Origin: Squalus acanthias
Taxonomy: Eukaryota
DNA: 64,000 nucleotides
NCBI GenBank assembly: GCA_030390025.1
Contig: CM059425.1
Coordinates: forward strand, 260,710,001-260,774,000
Direction of reading: 5' to 3'
Of the stretch, positions 24,273 to 38,239 are shown piece by piece. A model generated the notes under the pieces. It worked only from the letters and a program-made list of their open reading frames with translations, searched no databases and was not told the origin of the DNA. Position numbers and translations under genes: made by a program. The stretch's first letter is position 1; every line of letters starts with the position of its first letter.

Positions 24273-25135
24273 TGGAGAGCTCTTTCAAACAGGCACGATG
24301 GGCCGAATGGCCTCCTTTTGAGCTGTATGATTCTAACTCTGATGTGAAGCCCGGCAATGATGAAGCAAGAACAAATTTAGCTTTAACGTTTATTTTAGTG
24401 AATGCTGGAGCTTAATCCTGGAGGCTTCCTTTATTGTGGTTAAGCCACAGCTCTGTCCCGTATCCCTCACAAGTGTACAGATCTGTGAGAATGAGCGTTG
24501 AAACGGGAACTAGCTAGTTGTGGTGCGGCCATGTGACACACACACAGCCTTGCACAAGCCTTGGCATGTGACCTGGCCTCTGGGTTTGTGGTTTTCAAGA
24601 GGTTGAAATTGCAGAATGAAAACCCCAATAAGAATTCTGAAATCTCATGGAATTTAAATAATTCAGTCACCGTAAAACAATGTCCCCTTTTTTCAAGTGT
24701 TATGGAATACAGTGGGTTTCCCCCCCACTGCTCGCGTTGTTTACATTCATACGCAAAACAGATTCAATCCCTTAGAATAGGTTTGAAATGGTCTAAGAAA
24801 TAAACTCCGCAGTTGAAGTACATCCTCGTGACGATTACGTGGATGAATAAGGAAGTCAACAAACTTGCAATAATGCTGTAGAATGTCCCAAAGTGCTTCA
24901 CAGCAGAGCCACCGATGCTGAGGCGGTAGTTGAAGGGTTTGGGGAGATGACTAAATGTAGGATCCAAAAGATAGGTTGGGGAAGTCTCTTGAAGGCAGAG
25001 AGAGAGAGAGAGAAGCAGGGCTGGAAGGGGTTAAAGGGGGCCGAGCCAGCTGAAGGCTACCCCCACCCACCCCCCATAGTGGAACAATGGGAGGGTGGGT
25101 GAGGTCCTTAGGGGGTCAGTGCAGGGGTGGGGGAA

Positions 25136-25608
25136 ACATAGAAAAATAGGAGCAGGAGTAGGCCATTCGGCCCTTTGAGCCTGCTCCGCCATTCAATATG
25201 ATCATGGCTGATCCTCTATCTCAATACCATATTCCCGCTCTCTCCCCATACCCCTTGATGCCTTTTGTGTCTAGAAATCAATCTATCTATCTCCTTCTTA
25301 AATATATTCAGTGACTTGGCCTCCACAGCCTTCTGTGGTAGAAAATTCCACAGGTTCACCCTCTGAGTGAAGAAATTTCTCCTCATCTCAGTCCTAAATG
25401 TCCTACCCCGTATCCTGAGACTGTGACCCCTTGTTCTAGACCCCCCAGCCAGGGGAAACATCCTCCCTGCATCCAGTCTGTCTAGCCCTGTCAGAATTTT
25501 ATACGTTTCAATGAGATCCCCTCTCATTCTTCTAAACTCTAGTGAATACAGGCCTAGTCGACCCAATCTCTCCTCGTACGACAGTCCTGCCATCCCAGGA
25601 ATCAGCCA
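25136..25608 (-). mobile_element. CR1/HER1 3' end
   Basis: GLSYEERLGRLGLYSLEFRRMRGDLIETYK. Confidence 0.85.
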
Positions 25609-28019
25609 GGAAATCAAAGGGTGCAGACTGGTGTAAGGCCGGAAGAGTTGGCAGAGTCAGGGAGGGGCAAGGCCACAGAGGGATCAGTAAACGATGAACA
25701 GGATTTTGAATTTGGTGTTTTGGAGGAACAGGGTCAACAGGGAAAGAAAGATTTGCATTTCTATAGCACCTTTTATGGCCTCAGGACGTCCCAAAGCGCT
25801 TTACAGGCAATTAAGTACTTTTGAAGTGTAAGGGAAAGGGTGATGGTTGAACGTGACGCAGTGTGGGACAGGAGGCAGATCATAGAATCCTACAGCACAG
25901 AAGGAGGCCATTCAGCCCATCATTCCTGTGCCAGCTCTCCCCCATTCCTTCCCCATAGCCCTGCAAATTTTTCCTTTTTAAGTATACTATTTAATCTCTG
26001 CCCCCCACCCCCCCCGGCTTTTTTGCCAATTATCTTAAATCTCTGTCCCCTAAAAAGAAAAAAAGACAGACTTGCATTTATATAGTGCCTTTCACGACCA
26101 CCAATGAAGTACTTTACAGCCAGTGAAGTACTTTTGAAATGTAGTCAGTTATAATGTATGAAACGTGGCAGCCAATTTACGCACAGCAAGATCCCAGCTC
26201 CCACAAACAGCAATGAAATAAATTGGCAGATAATCTGTTTTAGTGATGTTAGTTGAGGGATAAACATTGGCCAGAACACCGGAGAGGTCTCCCCTGCTCT
26301 TCTTTGAATAGCGGCAGTGTAAATGAAAGCATAAAATTACAAAAGGGATATCGACAGATTAACTGTGGCAATTTAGGCAAACGTGAGGTCGTCTACTTTG
26401 GACCTAAAAAGGACAGAACAGGAAATAGTGCCAGGGGATCTTCTACGTCCACCCGAGAGAGCAAACAGGACCTCGGTTTAACATCTCATCCGAAAGACGG
26501 CACCTCTGACAATGCAGCACTCCCTCAGCACTGCACTGGAGCGTTAGCCTAGTTTTTTGTGCTCAAGCCTCTGGGGTGGTGACTTGAACCCATGACCTTC
26601 TGACTCAGAGGCGAGAGGGCTACCCACTGAGCCACAGCTGACAATCTAATTACCAATCCACCTGCCAGTGGAAACAGTTTCTCCCTATCTACCCTGTCAA
26701 AACCTCTCATAATTTTGAACACCTCAAGTCTCACCTTAACCTTCTCTGCTCTAAGGAGAACAATCCCAGCTTCTCCACGTAACTGAATTCCCTTATCCCT
26801 GGTACCATTCCACTAAATCTTCTCTGTACCCTCTCCAAGGTTTTAACATCCTGTCCAGGGTAGAGTTTTGGACAAGTTGGTAGTTCAGTGGGTTTGGTGC
26901 CAATGTAGAAAAGCCTGATCCTACTCAATTTCCAAACACCAGGGTATTGGGGAAAACAAGCCTGGAGGTAACTAAAGCACAGTTAAAGGTCTCAGATGTG
27001 GTTGGGGAGGGGGGTGAGGTCCAGAAGCAGAAATAGTCCTGAAGATGGACAGAAGGTGGGGATTGAGGCTCAGCTGGGAGGTTGAGCGAGCAGCTTAGAA
27101 TGGGATAAAATCAGGGGTTTTCAACAAGCCCCAAATACTCTAGCATTTTAGGGACTTGCCCCAGCACATCCCATTGTTGAGTCTGCGAGAGGCCACTTCC
27201 AATTTTGCTAGAGGAAGGATCTGAGGGCTCTGAATCGACCCCTCCCTTCGTATATTGGAACCAAACTGGTTGGGTAGCCTCACATCCCGGCTCACTGTTG
27301 TTCTGAACCATCTCCGCCTCTTAGCTCCTCACAATTGGTGCTTCTGCCTAAACAGCTCATTTTAACCTCACAATCCTCAACACTCACAAATCTCAAACAA
27401 AAACAGCAAACACTCAGCAGGTCAGACAGCAGATAATACAAGTCTGGCCACTTTTCAGGTATAAACCTTTAGGGACACAGGAGGAGGCCATTCGGCCCCT
27501 TGAGCCTGCTCCGACATTCAGTCAGATCACGGCTGATCTGTATCTCAACTCCATTTACCCGCCTTTGCTCCATATCCCTTGATACCCTTACCCAACAAAA
27601 ATCTATCAATCTCAGTCTTGAAAGCTCCAATTGAACCTGCAGCATCCACAGCCTTTAGGGGAGAGTTCCTGATTTCCACTACCCCTTGTGTGAGAAAGTG
27701 CTTCCTGGTTTCCCTCCTGAACGACCTGGCTCTAATTTTAAGCATATTCCCCCACCAGAGGAAATAGTTTCTCGGTATCTACCTTATCGATTCCTTTTAT
27801 AATTTTAAACACCTCGATCAGATCATCCCTCAATGTCCTAAACTCAAGGGAGCACAAGCCAGGTTTATGCGACCGGTCCTCACAATTTAACCCTTTTAAG
27901 TCCTCAGAACTGAAAGATATGATGAACATCATTTAAAGGGGCCAGAATTGGAGAAAAGGGAAAGAGGGGGCAACATAAGAATTAGGAGCAGGAGTGGGCC
28001 GTACGCCCCCTCGAACCTG

Positions 28020-28151
28020 CACGGTGCTCGCTCGGTACAGGCACTGTCTCAAAGTCTTTCTCTCTCTCTCTCTCTCTCAGTAGAACCAGGAAGTCACGTC
28101 GCTTCCTCCTCCGTGTCTTTATATTTAAATAAACTTAAGCCTTATTGGTAA
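28020..28151 (-). repeat. Diverged copy of the gene A core promoter/5'UTR (source 28599-28724) inserted into a CR1 tail in intron 1
   Basis: Direct repeat of ~130 bp; the flanks (CTCGAACCTGC / ATTCAATAAGATCATGG) are near-contiguous CR1-tail sequence. Confidence 0.85.
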
Positions 28152-28541
28152 TTCAATAAGATCATGGCTGATCTTCAACCTCAACTCCACTTGCCCGCTC
28201 GATCCCCATATCCCCTGATTCCCCGAGAGTCCAAAAATCGATCTCAGCCTTGAATATACTCAATGACTCAGCATCCACAGCCCTCTGGGGTAGAGAATTC
28301 CAAAGATTCACAACCCTCTGAGTGAATAAATTCCTCCTCATCTCAGTCTTAAATGGTCGACCCCCTCATCTTGAGAGTTCCCAGCTCTCCAGCCGATAAT
28401 CTTCCTCAGTATTTTTACTTTCTTGATCTAAATACGTTACTGGGCTGACCCAACAGAAGCGCCCTCCTTCCTTCCCCGAGCTTGCCCTCCGAGGTAGCCC
28501 AGCCGCCAGCTAGTTACAGAGACCCAGTGGTAAGTACATAC

Positions 28542-28593
28542 CAGAGCCAGAGACAGAGAGCAGGAGTGGGACCAGTAGGGAAAGAATGTCCAT
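28542..28593 (-). CDS. Gene A leader exon: MDILSLLVPLLLSVSGS(G)
   Basis: Kozak-like AAGATGG; hydrophobic signal peptide; phase-1 donor gtatgt in frame with the V exon. Confidence 0.85.
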
Positions 28594-28654
28594 CTTCACA
28601 CGGTGCTCGCTCGGTACAGGCACTGTCTCAAAGTCTCTCTCTCTCTCTCTGTAA

Positions 28655-28724
28655 AACCAGGAAGTCACGTCGCTTCCTCCTTCGCGTCTTTATATATTTA
28701 AATAAACAGAAGCCTTATTGGTAA
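28655..28724 (-). promoter_or_regulatory. Probable core promoter of gene A: CCAAT, TATA-like TAAATATATAAA, and two ETS-type GGAA cores
   Basis: Motif order and position 60-130 bp upstream of the ATG; motif-level evidence only. Confidence 0.55.
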
Positions 28725-31700
28725 ACCGAAAGCAGAGCCGCCGTGCAATGCCTCATCACCACAGAAAGTCCCTTCTTATCTGGCGTGTGTCACGCCCACG
28801 GGTCAAGTATCCTTCGGTCAGGTACAAGTAATGCAATATATCGCCCCCCTCCTCCCTTGTTCCTGCCGGTCTGAGGTCGGGCAAAGGCGTCTATCCCGGG
28901 GCAAGGTGCAGCCTCACATGTGCAAGGCAGAAACCCCGCCAGTTCCTCAAAATAAAACGGAACCGCTCGGTTTCTTTCAATCAACAGGAACTCAAATCTG
29001 AAATGCCGGAGACAGGCAGCATCTGGGCCGAGCTAACACACCACACTCCAAGAGGCTGAATCTGACCCGGCCCGGCAGTCCTGATTATTTACTTATTTTT
29101 TTAACTTCATCTATGTGTGTGTTTTTTTTTAAAGTATTTTTTTTGCGATAGGAACGGAATCCTGTCTGTGTGGGGAGAGTTCCTCCGGGATTTTGCTGGG
29201 ATTTTTCGGTGCCAGAAGTCTCCAGCGAGACTTTCTTGGTGTTGCTTTAAGTCTTCGAGGGAAATTACAGCATTTTTTTTTGTTTGTAGAGTGGGTTCGG
29301 CGAGGAGGTGAGATTGAGGGCATTGAGAGGAGGGAATTTTCTATTTTTGTTTAAAGGGATCCGCCGACCCAATGCGGGGAAATCCCTCGCGAATCATCAC
29401 TTCAAGCAGAGTTGGGACCTTGAATGAAAACACACTCCTTTGTTATTGGGGATCGGGGGGTGTTAACTCTGTCATTGCTGGAATTTCCAGTGTATTTTTT
29501 ATATATCTCTGGGGGGAGGTATAGGGTTGGAAAGCCCAAATTCAGTCAGGTGACATCATTGCACGTGTCAATGGGGGAATCCCCGTCCGTGGGGGGAAAT
29601 CCCCAGGGAAGTCCCTGAGCTGGGACTAACGGAGCCGGTGACCCACTAACACTGCCGTCCTGTTTCATTGCCCGCCTACTAAATCCGAGAACTGCTGTCT
29701 GGATGGTCACTTTTATTTAAAAAAATCCTGAATGTAACTAGTTTTTTTTTGGCAGTGGATTTAGTTCTTCGCTTCACATTTTGATTACAGGAAGATCGGT
29801 CCGGCCGAGGAATAAATATTCAGACGCTACAACGTGAGGGTCTCTCCAGAGGGGTGGACAAAAGATGGGCCATTTGGACTTCCTCCTCAGTAATTGTCCG
29901 GTGATCGACCTCACTCTTTGTTAGAAACCCACGTCACACAACTAACTGCCTCGTGACATACCCAGATATTTGATTAATTTTTAGTTGAAACTTATTATTT
30001 ACATACCTGTTTTAGGAACAGGACAAAGACCAAGGTCCATCGAGTTCACCGTCTACCATCCTGGGGGTCGCCTGATGTAACAATAATGGAGTTGTTAACT
30101 AATCACAGCGATCAATCTCTATCAATGAGTGACTAGCCTCCTGACTCTCCAAAGCCTTTCCACCATCTACAAGGCACAAGTAAGGAGTGTGATGGAATAC
30201 TCTCCACTTGCCTGGATGAGTGCAGCTCCAACAACACTCAAGAAGCTCGACACCATCCAGGACAAAGCAGCCCGCTTGATTGGCACCCCATCCACCACCT
30301 TAAACATTCACTCCCTCCACCACCGGCGCACCGTGGCTGCAGTGTGTACCATCTACAAGATGCACTGCAGCAACTCGCCAAGGCTTCTTCAACAGCACCT
30401 CCCAAACCCGCGACCTCTTCCACCTAGAAGGACAAGGGCAGCTGGCGCATGGGAACACCACCACCTGCAAGTTCCCCTCCAAGTCACACACCATCCTGAC
30501 CTGGAAATATATCGGCCGTTCCTTCATCGTCGCTGGGTCAAAATCCTGGAACTCCCTCCCTAACAGCACTGTGGGAGCACCATCACCACACGGACTGCAG
30601 CGGTTCAAGAAGGCGGCTCACCACAACCTTCTCGAGGGCAATTAGGGATGGGCAATAAATACTGGCCTTGCCAGCGACGCCCACATACCGTGAATACATT
30701 TTTTTTAAATAGTCTACAACAGACCCAGACATGAGGCGAGGAAAACCCCCAGTGGTGGAGAGCTTTGGGAATCAGAGGTCCAAAGTCACCTGTTCCTCCC
30801 CAAGCACCCTACACTCACCACAGGTCATGTCTCAAATTACTCATGTACTGTGTCCCAAAAGAAAGCTATCTAATTTGCATTTTGAATGAGTGAATTCTAT
30901 TCAATTGTTTTATTTGACTCAGAACCAAGTACAGAATTTACAGAACCAAATATGCGGAGAAATAAGGAGAAACTGTTTCCACTGGCAAAAGGTCAGTAGC
31001 CAAAGGACACAGATTGAGGGTGATTGGCAAAAGAACCAGAGTCAACTTGATGAAACTTTTTTTTTACACAGCGAGTTGTTGTGATCTGGAATGCGCTGCA
31101 GTGGAAGCAGATTCAATAGTAACTTTCAAAAGAGAATTGGATAAATACTTGAAGGACATCTTATTTTACAGGGCTATGGGGAAAGACCAGGGGGAGTGGG
31201 ACTAATTGGACAGTTCTACCAAAGAGCCAGCACAGGCACGATGGGCCGAATGGCCTCCTTCTGTGATGTATCATTCCATGATTCTATGATATGGAATGAC
31301 TATCTGTAGGGCAAGGGCTTTGCTATGGCTCAGATATCAGCACTTCCATTCTTTCCAGGATATTTGCTGAATTGTCATTCCTGGGCAGTGAATCACACCA
31401 GTCGCAGCAAGTGTAAAACCAAATCACAGCAAGACCACCTCATTCCACCTCTAACAGCACCGATGGCCTATGTCAGCCTATCTGCTTCTGGAACCCTTCC
31501 CAGTTCCCCAACACCTCCAATTTAAAGTCTAATCATCCTCCTGTTCAAATCCCCTCATGGCCTCGCCCCTCTCTATCTCTATTACCTCCTCCAACCCCCC
31601 CCCCCCCCCCTCCAGAACTCTCCGTTCCTCTGACTCTGGCCTCTTGTGCATAACCCCCCACCACCCTTCTCTCCACCATTGGTGGCCGTGCCTTTAGCCG

Positions 31701-31740
31701 CCTAGGCCCTAATCTCTGGAATTCCCTCTCTAAACCTTTC

Positions 31741-32200
31741 TGTGGCTCAGTGGGTAGCACCCTTGCCTCGCGAGTCAGAAGGTTGTGGGTTCAAAGTCCC
31801 ACTCCAGAGACTTGAGCAGAAAAATCTAGGCTGACACTCCAGTGCAGTACTGAGGGAGCGCTGCACTGTCGGAGGTGCCGTCTTTCAGATGAGACGTTAA
31901 ACCGAGGCCCCGCCTGCCCTCTCGGGTGGATGTAAAAGATCCCATGGCACTGTATCGAAGAAGAGCAGGGGAGTTCTCCCCGGTGTCCTGCCCAATATTT
32001 ATCCCTCAATCAACATCACTAAGACAGATGATCTGGTCATTACCACATTGCTATTTGTGGGAGCTTGCTGTGCGCAAATTGGTTGCCTCATTTCCTACAT
32101 TACAACAGTGACTACACTTCAAAAAGTACTTTATTGGCTGTAAAGTGCTTTGTGACGTTCGGTGGTCGTGAAAGGCGCTATAAAAATGCAAGTCTTTTTT
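31741..32200 (+). mobile_element. DeuSINE (SacSINE1-like), near full length
   Basis: tRNA-like head GTGGCTCAGTGGGTAGCAC...GGTTCAAAGTCCC, Deu core, L2-like tail; about ten further full or partial copies in the window. Confidence 0.8.
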
Positions 32201-35200
32201 TTTCTACCACCATTTTCTTTTTAAGACGCTCCTTAAAACCTACCTCTCACTCCTAATATCTCCTGCAGTGGCTCGACGACCATCTTTGTCTGATTACACC
32301 TCCGTGAAGCACCTTGAGATGTTTTTCTACATTAAAGGCATTATATACTCTTGGTGGATGGGTTACTGGGGTTAAAATATTTGCACTATTATTGGTGAAA
32401 TCTCCCTGTACAATCTCGGGAAACTTTACCTCGGGCATTCTGAGAAAGGTGACTAATAAACGAACACTGAAAGGAATGGCATGTTAATGAATGGATTGTT
32501 TATAGATTTACAACCTGCACAATGTGTCAATGTTATTACTAGTAACATGACTCTGTAACTAAGCAAACTGCTCAGCTTCAAACCCCACAGCCTCTCCGTC
32601 ACCAACACCTCTTTACTCTTTCCATCACCACGACATTGACTCCCCCTCCCTCTCTTTGCCCCCTACCTCAGCTGCTGAAACCCTTAGTCACCATTGTGTC
32701 ACCTCTTGATTTCGCCAGCGTCTCCTCTCACTCAACTCCCACCCTGCATAGACTTCAATTGCTCCAAGACCCAGCCACGCCCTGTCCCACATCAAGTCCC
32801 ACTTGACCCCCCCCCCCCCCCCCCAGTCCTCGCTGACCTAAGACTGGCTCCCAGACCACCACCCCCATCGTTAAATCATAGAAATTTACAGCACAGAAGG
32901 AGGCCATTCGACCCATCGTGTCCGTGCCAGCCGAAAAAGAACTCTCCAGCCTAATCCCACTTTCCAGCTCTTGGTCCGTAGCCTTGTAGGTTGCAACACT
33001 TCAAGTGCACATCCAAGCAATTTTTAAATGTGATGAGGGTTTCTGCCTCTACCACCCTTTCAGGCAGTAAGTTCCAGACCCCCACCACCCTCTGGGTGAA
33101 AACATTTCTCCTCAACTCCCCTCTAATCCTTCTACCAATTACTTTAAATCTATGCCCCCTGGTTACTGACCCTCTCTGCTCAGGGAAATAGGTCCTTCCT
33201 ATTCAGATCTTAGTCTACGTAGCACTGAGGCATCACACTTGGCCTCAGTACCATAAAGGGGAAATTCAGCCGGGTTTGCTGCTCCCCTTCACCAATATCA
33301 CTAAAAACAACAGATTATCTGGTCATGATCTCATTGCTGTTTGTGAGATCTTGCTGTGCGCAAATTGGCTGAAGTGTTTCCTACATTACAACAATGACTA
33401 CACTTCAAAAAGTACTTCATTGGCTGGAAAGCACTTTGGGACATCCTGAGGTTGTGAAAGGCGCTATAGAAATGCAAGTCTTTCTTTCAAGATCTTCAGA
33501 AAAAAATGCAAACGGCTAAAACAAGCCACCAAAAATGCACCAAATATCTTTTATTAATGTGTATGTATATCAATATCAATCACAGCGTGTAAATAGTTTC
33601 AAAACCAAGCAAACTATTGGCAGTCCCGTGTGATAACACCAGCCCCCCCCCCCCCCCCCCCTATCAGCCGCGGCGGCAACTAAATCGCCACCTCCCACTG
33701 CATCTGCTGCACCAGGTCTGCACCGGGGAACTCCGACCCCCCCAGCACAAAATGGAGCTGGAAGTAGAAGATTCCGCACGTTGTGTAGACACATCTCAAC
33801 TCCACATGAGCTACATTGCTGGGGCAGCACAGGGGAGCGTTTACTCAGCATTCTAGAGGCTTGTATCTGGTGTGCCTTTCATCTTTTCTTGAATGAAAAC
33901 AAGTTCAGCTCTGTAATGTTAGACAGCGTCTACAGCACAGAAACAGGCCAATCGGCCCAGCTAGTCCGTGCCGGTGTTTGTGCTCCACACGAGCCTCCTC
34001 CCACCCCTCTTCATCTAACCCCATTTGCATACCCTTCTATTCCTTTCTCCCTCATGTGTTTATCTAGCTTCCCCTTAAATGCATCTATGCTATTCGCCTC
34101 AACCACTCTCTGTGGTAGCGAGTTCCACATTCTCACCACTCTCTGGGTAAACCACTTTTCTTTTTAACGAAGTTTCCCCTGAATTTCCTATGAAATTTAT
34201 TAGTGACTACCTTATATTCATGTCCTCTAGGTTTGGACTCCCCTCCCCCACAAGTGGAAACAAATTCTCTACGTCTGTTGAGTATCTCAATAATAGAGCC
34301 TTAACCACCCTTTGTCGTCGCTCTTGTATCAGCCCATCCACTGTCTTTATTGAAGGGATGGTGCCCCCACTGTACCAAACGTCATTTCACCCATGATTAG
34401 TGCAATCATTTACAGCCAAACATCTTCCAAAGTGCAGCCTGGTGTCGTAACTCTCGGACGTTCAGGACAACCTGCGTCATGAATAATTCGAACAATACTC
34501 TTGAATTTGAGCAATCATTCGGGTCATTTTGTGTCAAGGTTTCCTGTAAGCTTCCTCTCTCTTTCTCTACATCTGTGTCCAGCCGCATAAAGACAAATAA
34601 CGACAGATAGATGGATGCTCTCCTACACAGGCAGTGCTGTTCTGGCAAGGCACTTTACTAAATTGAAGCACAGAGCATGATGAGAAGGTCAGTGGATAAC
34701 ATTGTGCTCTTCGCAGCTTTCTCTAAAGATGTCAGTGTCAGTTGCGACCAAAAAAAAAATGGTAAAAATGGAAATAAGTTGCCTCGGAATAGTTCGTGTT
34801 GCAGTAGATATTGCGTCTCCCATGGTGCGGAATTGCCCTGGCAAGCAACAGGATGTTATCGTTCTCGGTGTTCCAGGATCTGAGCCTATCTAAAGGCCCC
34901 TCAATACACAGGACCAACCCTTCACTATACAAGGCTTCATTGTTCAGAAATGAAATCGGAGGCGAGCTCCCCGAGACTTCAGGCCGACTGTGAACAGGGA
35001 CTTTGTTTTAAATAGATGAACCCTTCAGCTGCCTGTCAAGAAAACAAGAACCAGGAGACCGAGGGTCAGTCATTAAAATAAATACGCGCTGAGCCGCCTA
35101 CAATAAGGTATGAAAATAACTTTCAACACTAACATAGGAACAGGAGGAGGCCATTCAGCCGCTCGAGCCTGCTCCGCCATTCAATCAGATCATGGTTGAT

Positions 35201-36603
35201 CTGTATCTCAACTCCATCCACCCGCCTTGGTTCCTTATCCTTTGATACCCTCGCCCAACAACAATCTATCGATCTCAGTCTTGAAAGCTCCACTTGACCC
35301 CCAGCATCCACAGCCTTTTGGGGGGTGGGGGGAGAGTTCCAGATTTCCACTACCCATTGTGTGAAGAAGGGCTTCCTGACATCACCCCTGAACGGCCTGG
35401 CTTTAATTTTCAGGTTGTGCCCCCTTGTTCAAGAGTCCACCCCCCCCCCCACCATCAGAGGAGATAGCTTCTCCATATTGAACAAAACCAGAAGCAAAAC
35501 CTCATGGTGTAGGTTGCTCGGTTGCAGGGATGTGAGGAGTGCGCGACGGTGAGAGGCGTTTACAGAAAGAGCACCCACCTTACAATGTACCTGGTCATGG
35601 GGCAACATGGAGTGGAGGAGAAGCTGTGACCTCGTCTTTGTCCAACAGCTTAAACAGCCAATCCTCAGCACTGGTGCTGCTGCCGACATTGCCAAGAAAC
35701 TTCCCCTCCACAAACCACACGGCTGTTTTTACAGAAAATAGTTCCCCACCACCAGATGACCAGTGATGACAGGATTGGACAGGCCTCATTTAGAAACATT
35801 TTAAAGACTACAACAACAACAACTAGCTTTAACGTAGAAAAACATCCCAAAGCGCTTCACGGGGGCGTTATCAGAGAAGAAATTGGATTTGAGCCAAAGA
35901 AGGAGATATGAGGACAGGAAGCTGTAGGTTTTAAGGAGAGTCTTAAAGGAGGATCAAGAGGTGGAGAGGTTTAGGGAGGGAATTCCAGAGCTCAGGGCCC
36001 AGGCAGCTGAAGGCCCGGCCACCAATGGCGGGGCGAAGGAAGTAAGGGATGCGAAAGAGAATTGGGGGAACTCCGAGATCTGAGGGTTTTAGGGCTGGAG
36101 AAGGTTACAGAGATAGGCAGGGGCGAGGCCGTGGAGGGAGTTGAAGACGAGGATGAGAATTTTAAGATTGAGACGTTGCTGGATCGGGAGCCAAAATAAA
36201 TACAAACATATGGAGAAAACTTTATTTCTTTCGGTCAGTTTATAATGTACAGAGTGTTACCGATGTAGATTACTGGCCTCCTTGACATCCATTGTGGAGT
36301 TTGAATCTTTTTTTAACGACGCCAAACTCTATTCTTGTTGCCACTCGTGGTACATTAAAGCTTTGTGTTTTAAGAGTTTTATTGAGGCTTGGGATTACAG
36401 CAGAGTCCGATTGCCTACAAATTATTGACATATAAAGACTTGTATTTATATAGCGCCTTTCATGACCTCAGGACGTCCCAAAGCACTTTACAACCAATTA
36501 AGTACTTTTTGAAGTGTAGTCACTGTTGCAATGTAGGAAACGTGGCAGCCAATTTGCGTACAGCAAGCTCCCACAAACAGCGATGAGATAATAACCAGAT
36601 AAT

Positions 36604-37347
36604 GGCCCAGAAATTAAAGACGGAGCCTTCCTGCGGGGGTAAGGCTTCCCCGCGATATCTCACTGCGCGCCTGCCTTTTCCTTCCGAGCTCGCACGAACT
36701 TTAGTTTCAAGACTGCAGCTGTGCAGTGTGTGCGTATCCCACAGACGCAGTTAATTCGTGCGAGCTGTGGGATCACGTGATTCAGTTAGAGCCAATGGCA
36801 GCACACCATCTTTCATTCATAGTTTTCACAGCAAGGGCTGTCAAAGCTATGAATCTATACCCCCCCAAAAGAACAGCTAAACCTCAATTAAATTTAAAAA
36901 AAAACCCATCACATTAATAAAATAAGTATAGTTAAATAAATTAACCACTTTAAACAAAAAATTAAATTTTTGAAAAAATTTAAAATCTTTTTAAAAGTTA
37001 TAAAAATAAACTTACCTTTCTTTAAAGTCTCTAAAAAAGATATACCTGTTGAAAAAAATTCAAAAAAATACTTAATTAACTACTTACCTTGTTAAAAGAG
37101 GGTCTTACGCCTCCGTTCTTTATGTGCAAAATCTTCCATGCTTACCTGCGCGTTTAAAGCACTAAGTGCACTGCGTGCGCGCAGCCTGTAGCGCGCACGC
37201 GGTTCACTTAGGAACCGCCCCCTTTTGAAATCACCAAGTGCCGGTTTTCAGCGCATGCGCAGTGCATGCAGAAAACCGGCAATTGGAGACAGAATACGCG
37301 AGAGTACACAGTGCGTACTCTCGCGTCCTGAGACTAATTTTTGGGCC
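36604..37347. mobile_element. Harbinger-type MITE, same family as 3584-4341 in opposite orientation
   Basis: TIRs GGCCCAGAAATTA / TAATTTTTGGGCC; TSD AAT; splits a DeuSINE; interior is the reverse complement of the 3584 copy. Confidence 0.85.
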
Positions 37348-37697
37348 AATCTGTTTAAGTAATGTTGGTTCAGGGATAAATATTGGCCAGGACACCGGGG
37401 AGAACTCACCCCCCCCCCTGCTCTTCTTCAGTGCCACGGGATCTTTTACAATGGAGGGGGCAGATCAGGCTTCGGTTTAACATCTCATCCAAAAGACGGC
37501 ACCTCCGACAGTGCAGCACTCCCTCAGCACTGCACTGGGAGTGTCAGTCTAGAGAGAAGAGATAAAAACAGAAAAAAAGGGAAGACAAACTAATACTGTG
37601 GATGCCCTTTTGTGCATCGCATTCAGGACTGGAGCCTGTTACAGAGACAGGAGACTAACAAAGGGTCATGTAGTGAGTCACAGGTCTTTACTTACCC

Positions 37698-37719
37698 TCA
37701 GGCTGTACGGTCACTTAAT
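37698..37719 (-). CDS. Gene B last coding exon: RLSDRTA* (exon 37696-37719)
   Basis: Acceptor ttttctatttcctcccacag; donor gtaagt 2 nt after the TGA; phase 2 matches. Confidence 0.7.
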
Positions 37720-38202
37720 CTGTGGGAGGAAATAGAAAAGTAAATATTCAACTGTGCTTAGTCCAATAGACATTCAGTATTTTAAACTTACCATACATAA
37801 GAGGTATCTAATATGTAAGATAATAGAAATTGGAATTAAAACTATGAATTGCAAAGCCAGATATCCCCACCTCAAAGTTGAGGAATGTACCAAAGATTTT
37901 TAAGGACATTGAAGGTTGGGGAGAGTTGAGAACTATTATTCACACTCACAGTTCTGAGTCTCCATATTCTGGGAAGATGTGGATTTATTTCCATCATATT
38001 TATCAATGGGGCTATTGGTAAAAGGGAAATGAAACATTCCTCAGGTGGATTGAAATGACCCGAAAACCCCACAGATTCCCGGGCCACCACCATTGCATAA
38101 ATCCGTGTCCCTGGCAACACTACTTTGTGTAAAACCTCTGTCAAGAGATCTTCTAGTATATATGAAGTAATAAAATTCTGATGAACAACTCTTAAAAATT
38201 AC

Positions 38203-38239
38203 CTGTCACAGTTAAAAAGTTCAGTGTATTTATCAAGAT
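38203..38239 (-). CDS. Gene B cytoplasmic exon (37 nt, phase 1-2): DLDKYTELFNCD
   Basis: Acceptor cctgcttctccag, donor gtaatt; same phase pattern as the first tail exon of gene A. Confidence 0.7.

Noticed and set aside
24838-24875. Hydrophobic stretch IIASLLTSLFIH on - as the gene A leader
   Set aside because: Phase does not match the V exon, there is no ATG, and a much better leader exists at 28542-28593
33545-35790. Unique-looking sequence with short ORFs downstream of gene B
   Set aside because: No recognisable domain or consistent exon chain; may be gene B's 3'UTR (minus-strand AATAAA near 33550) or an old TE
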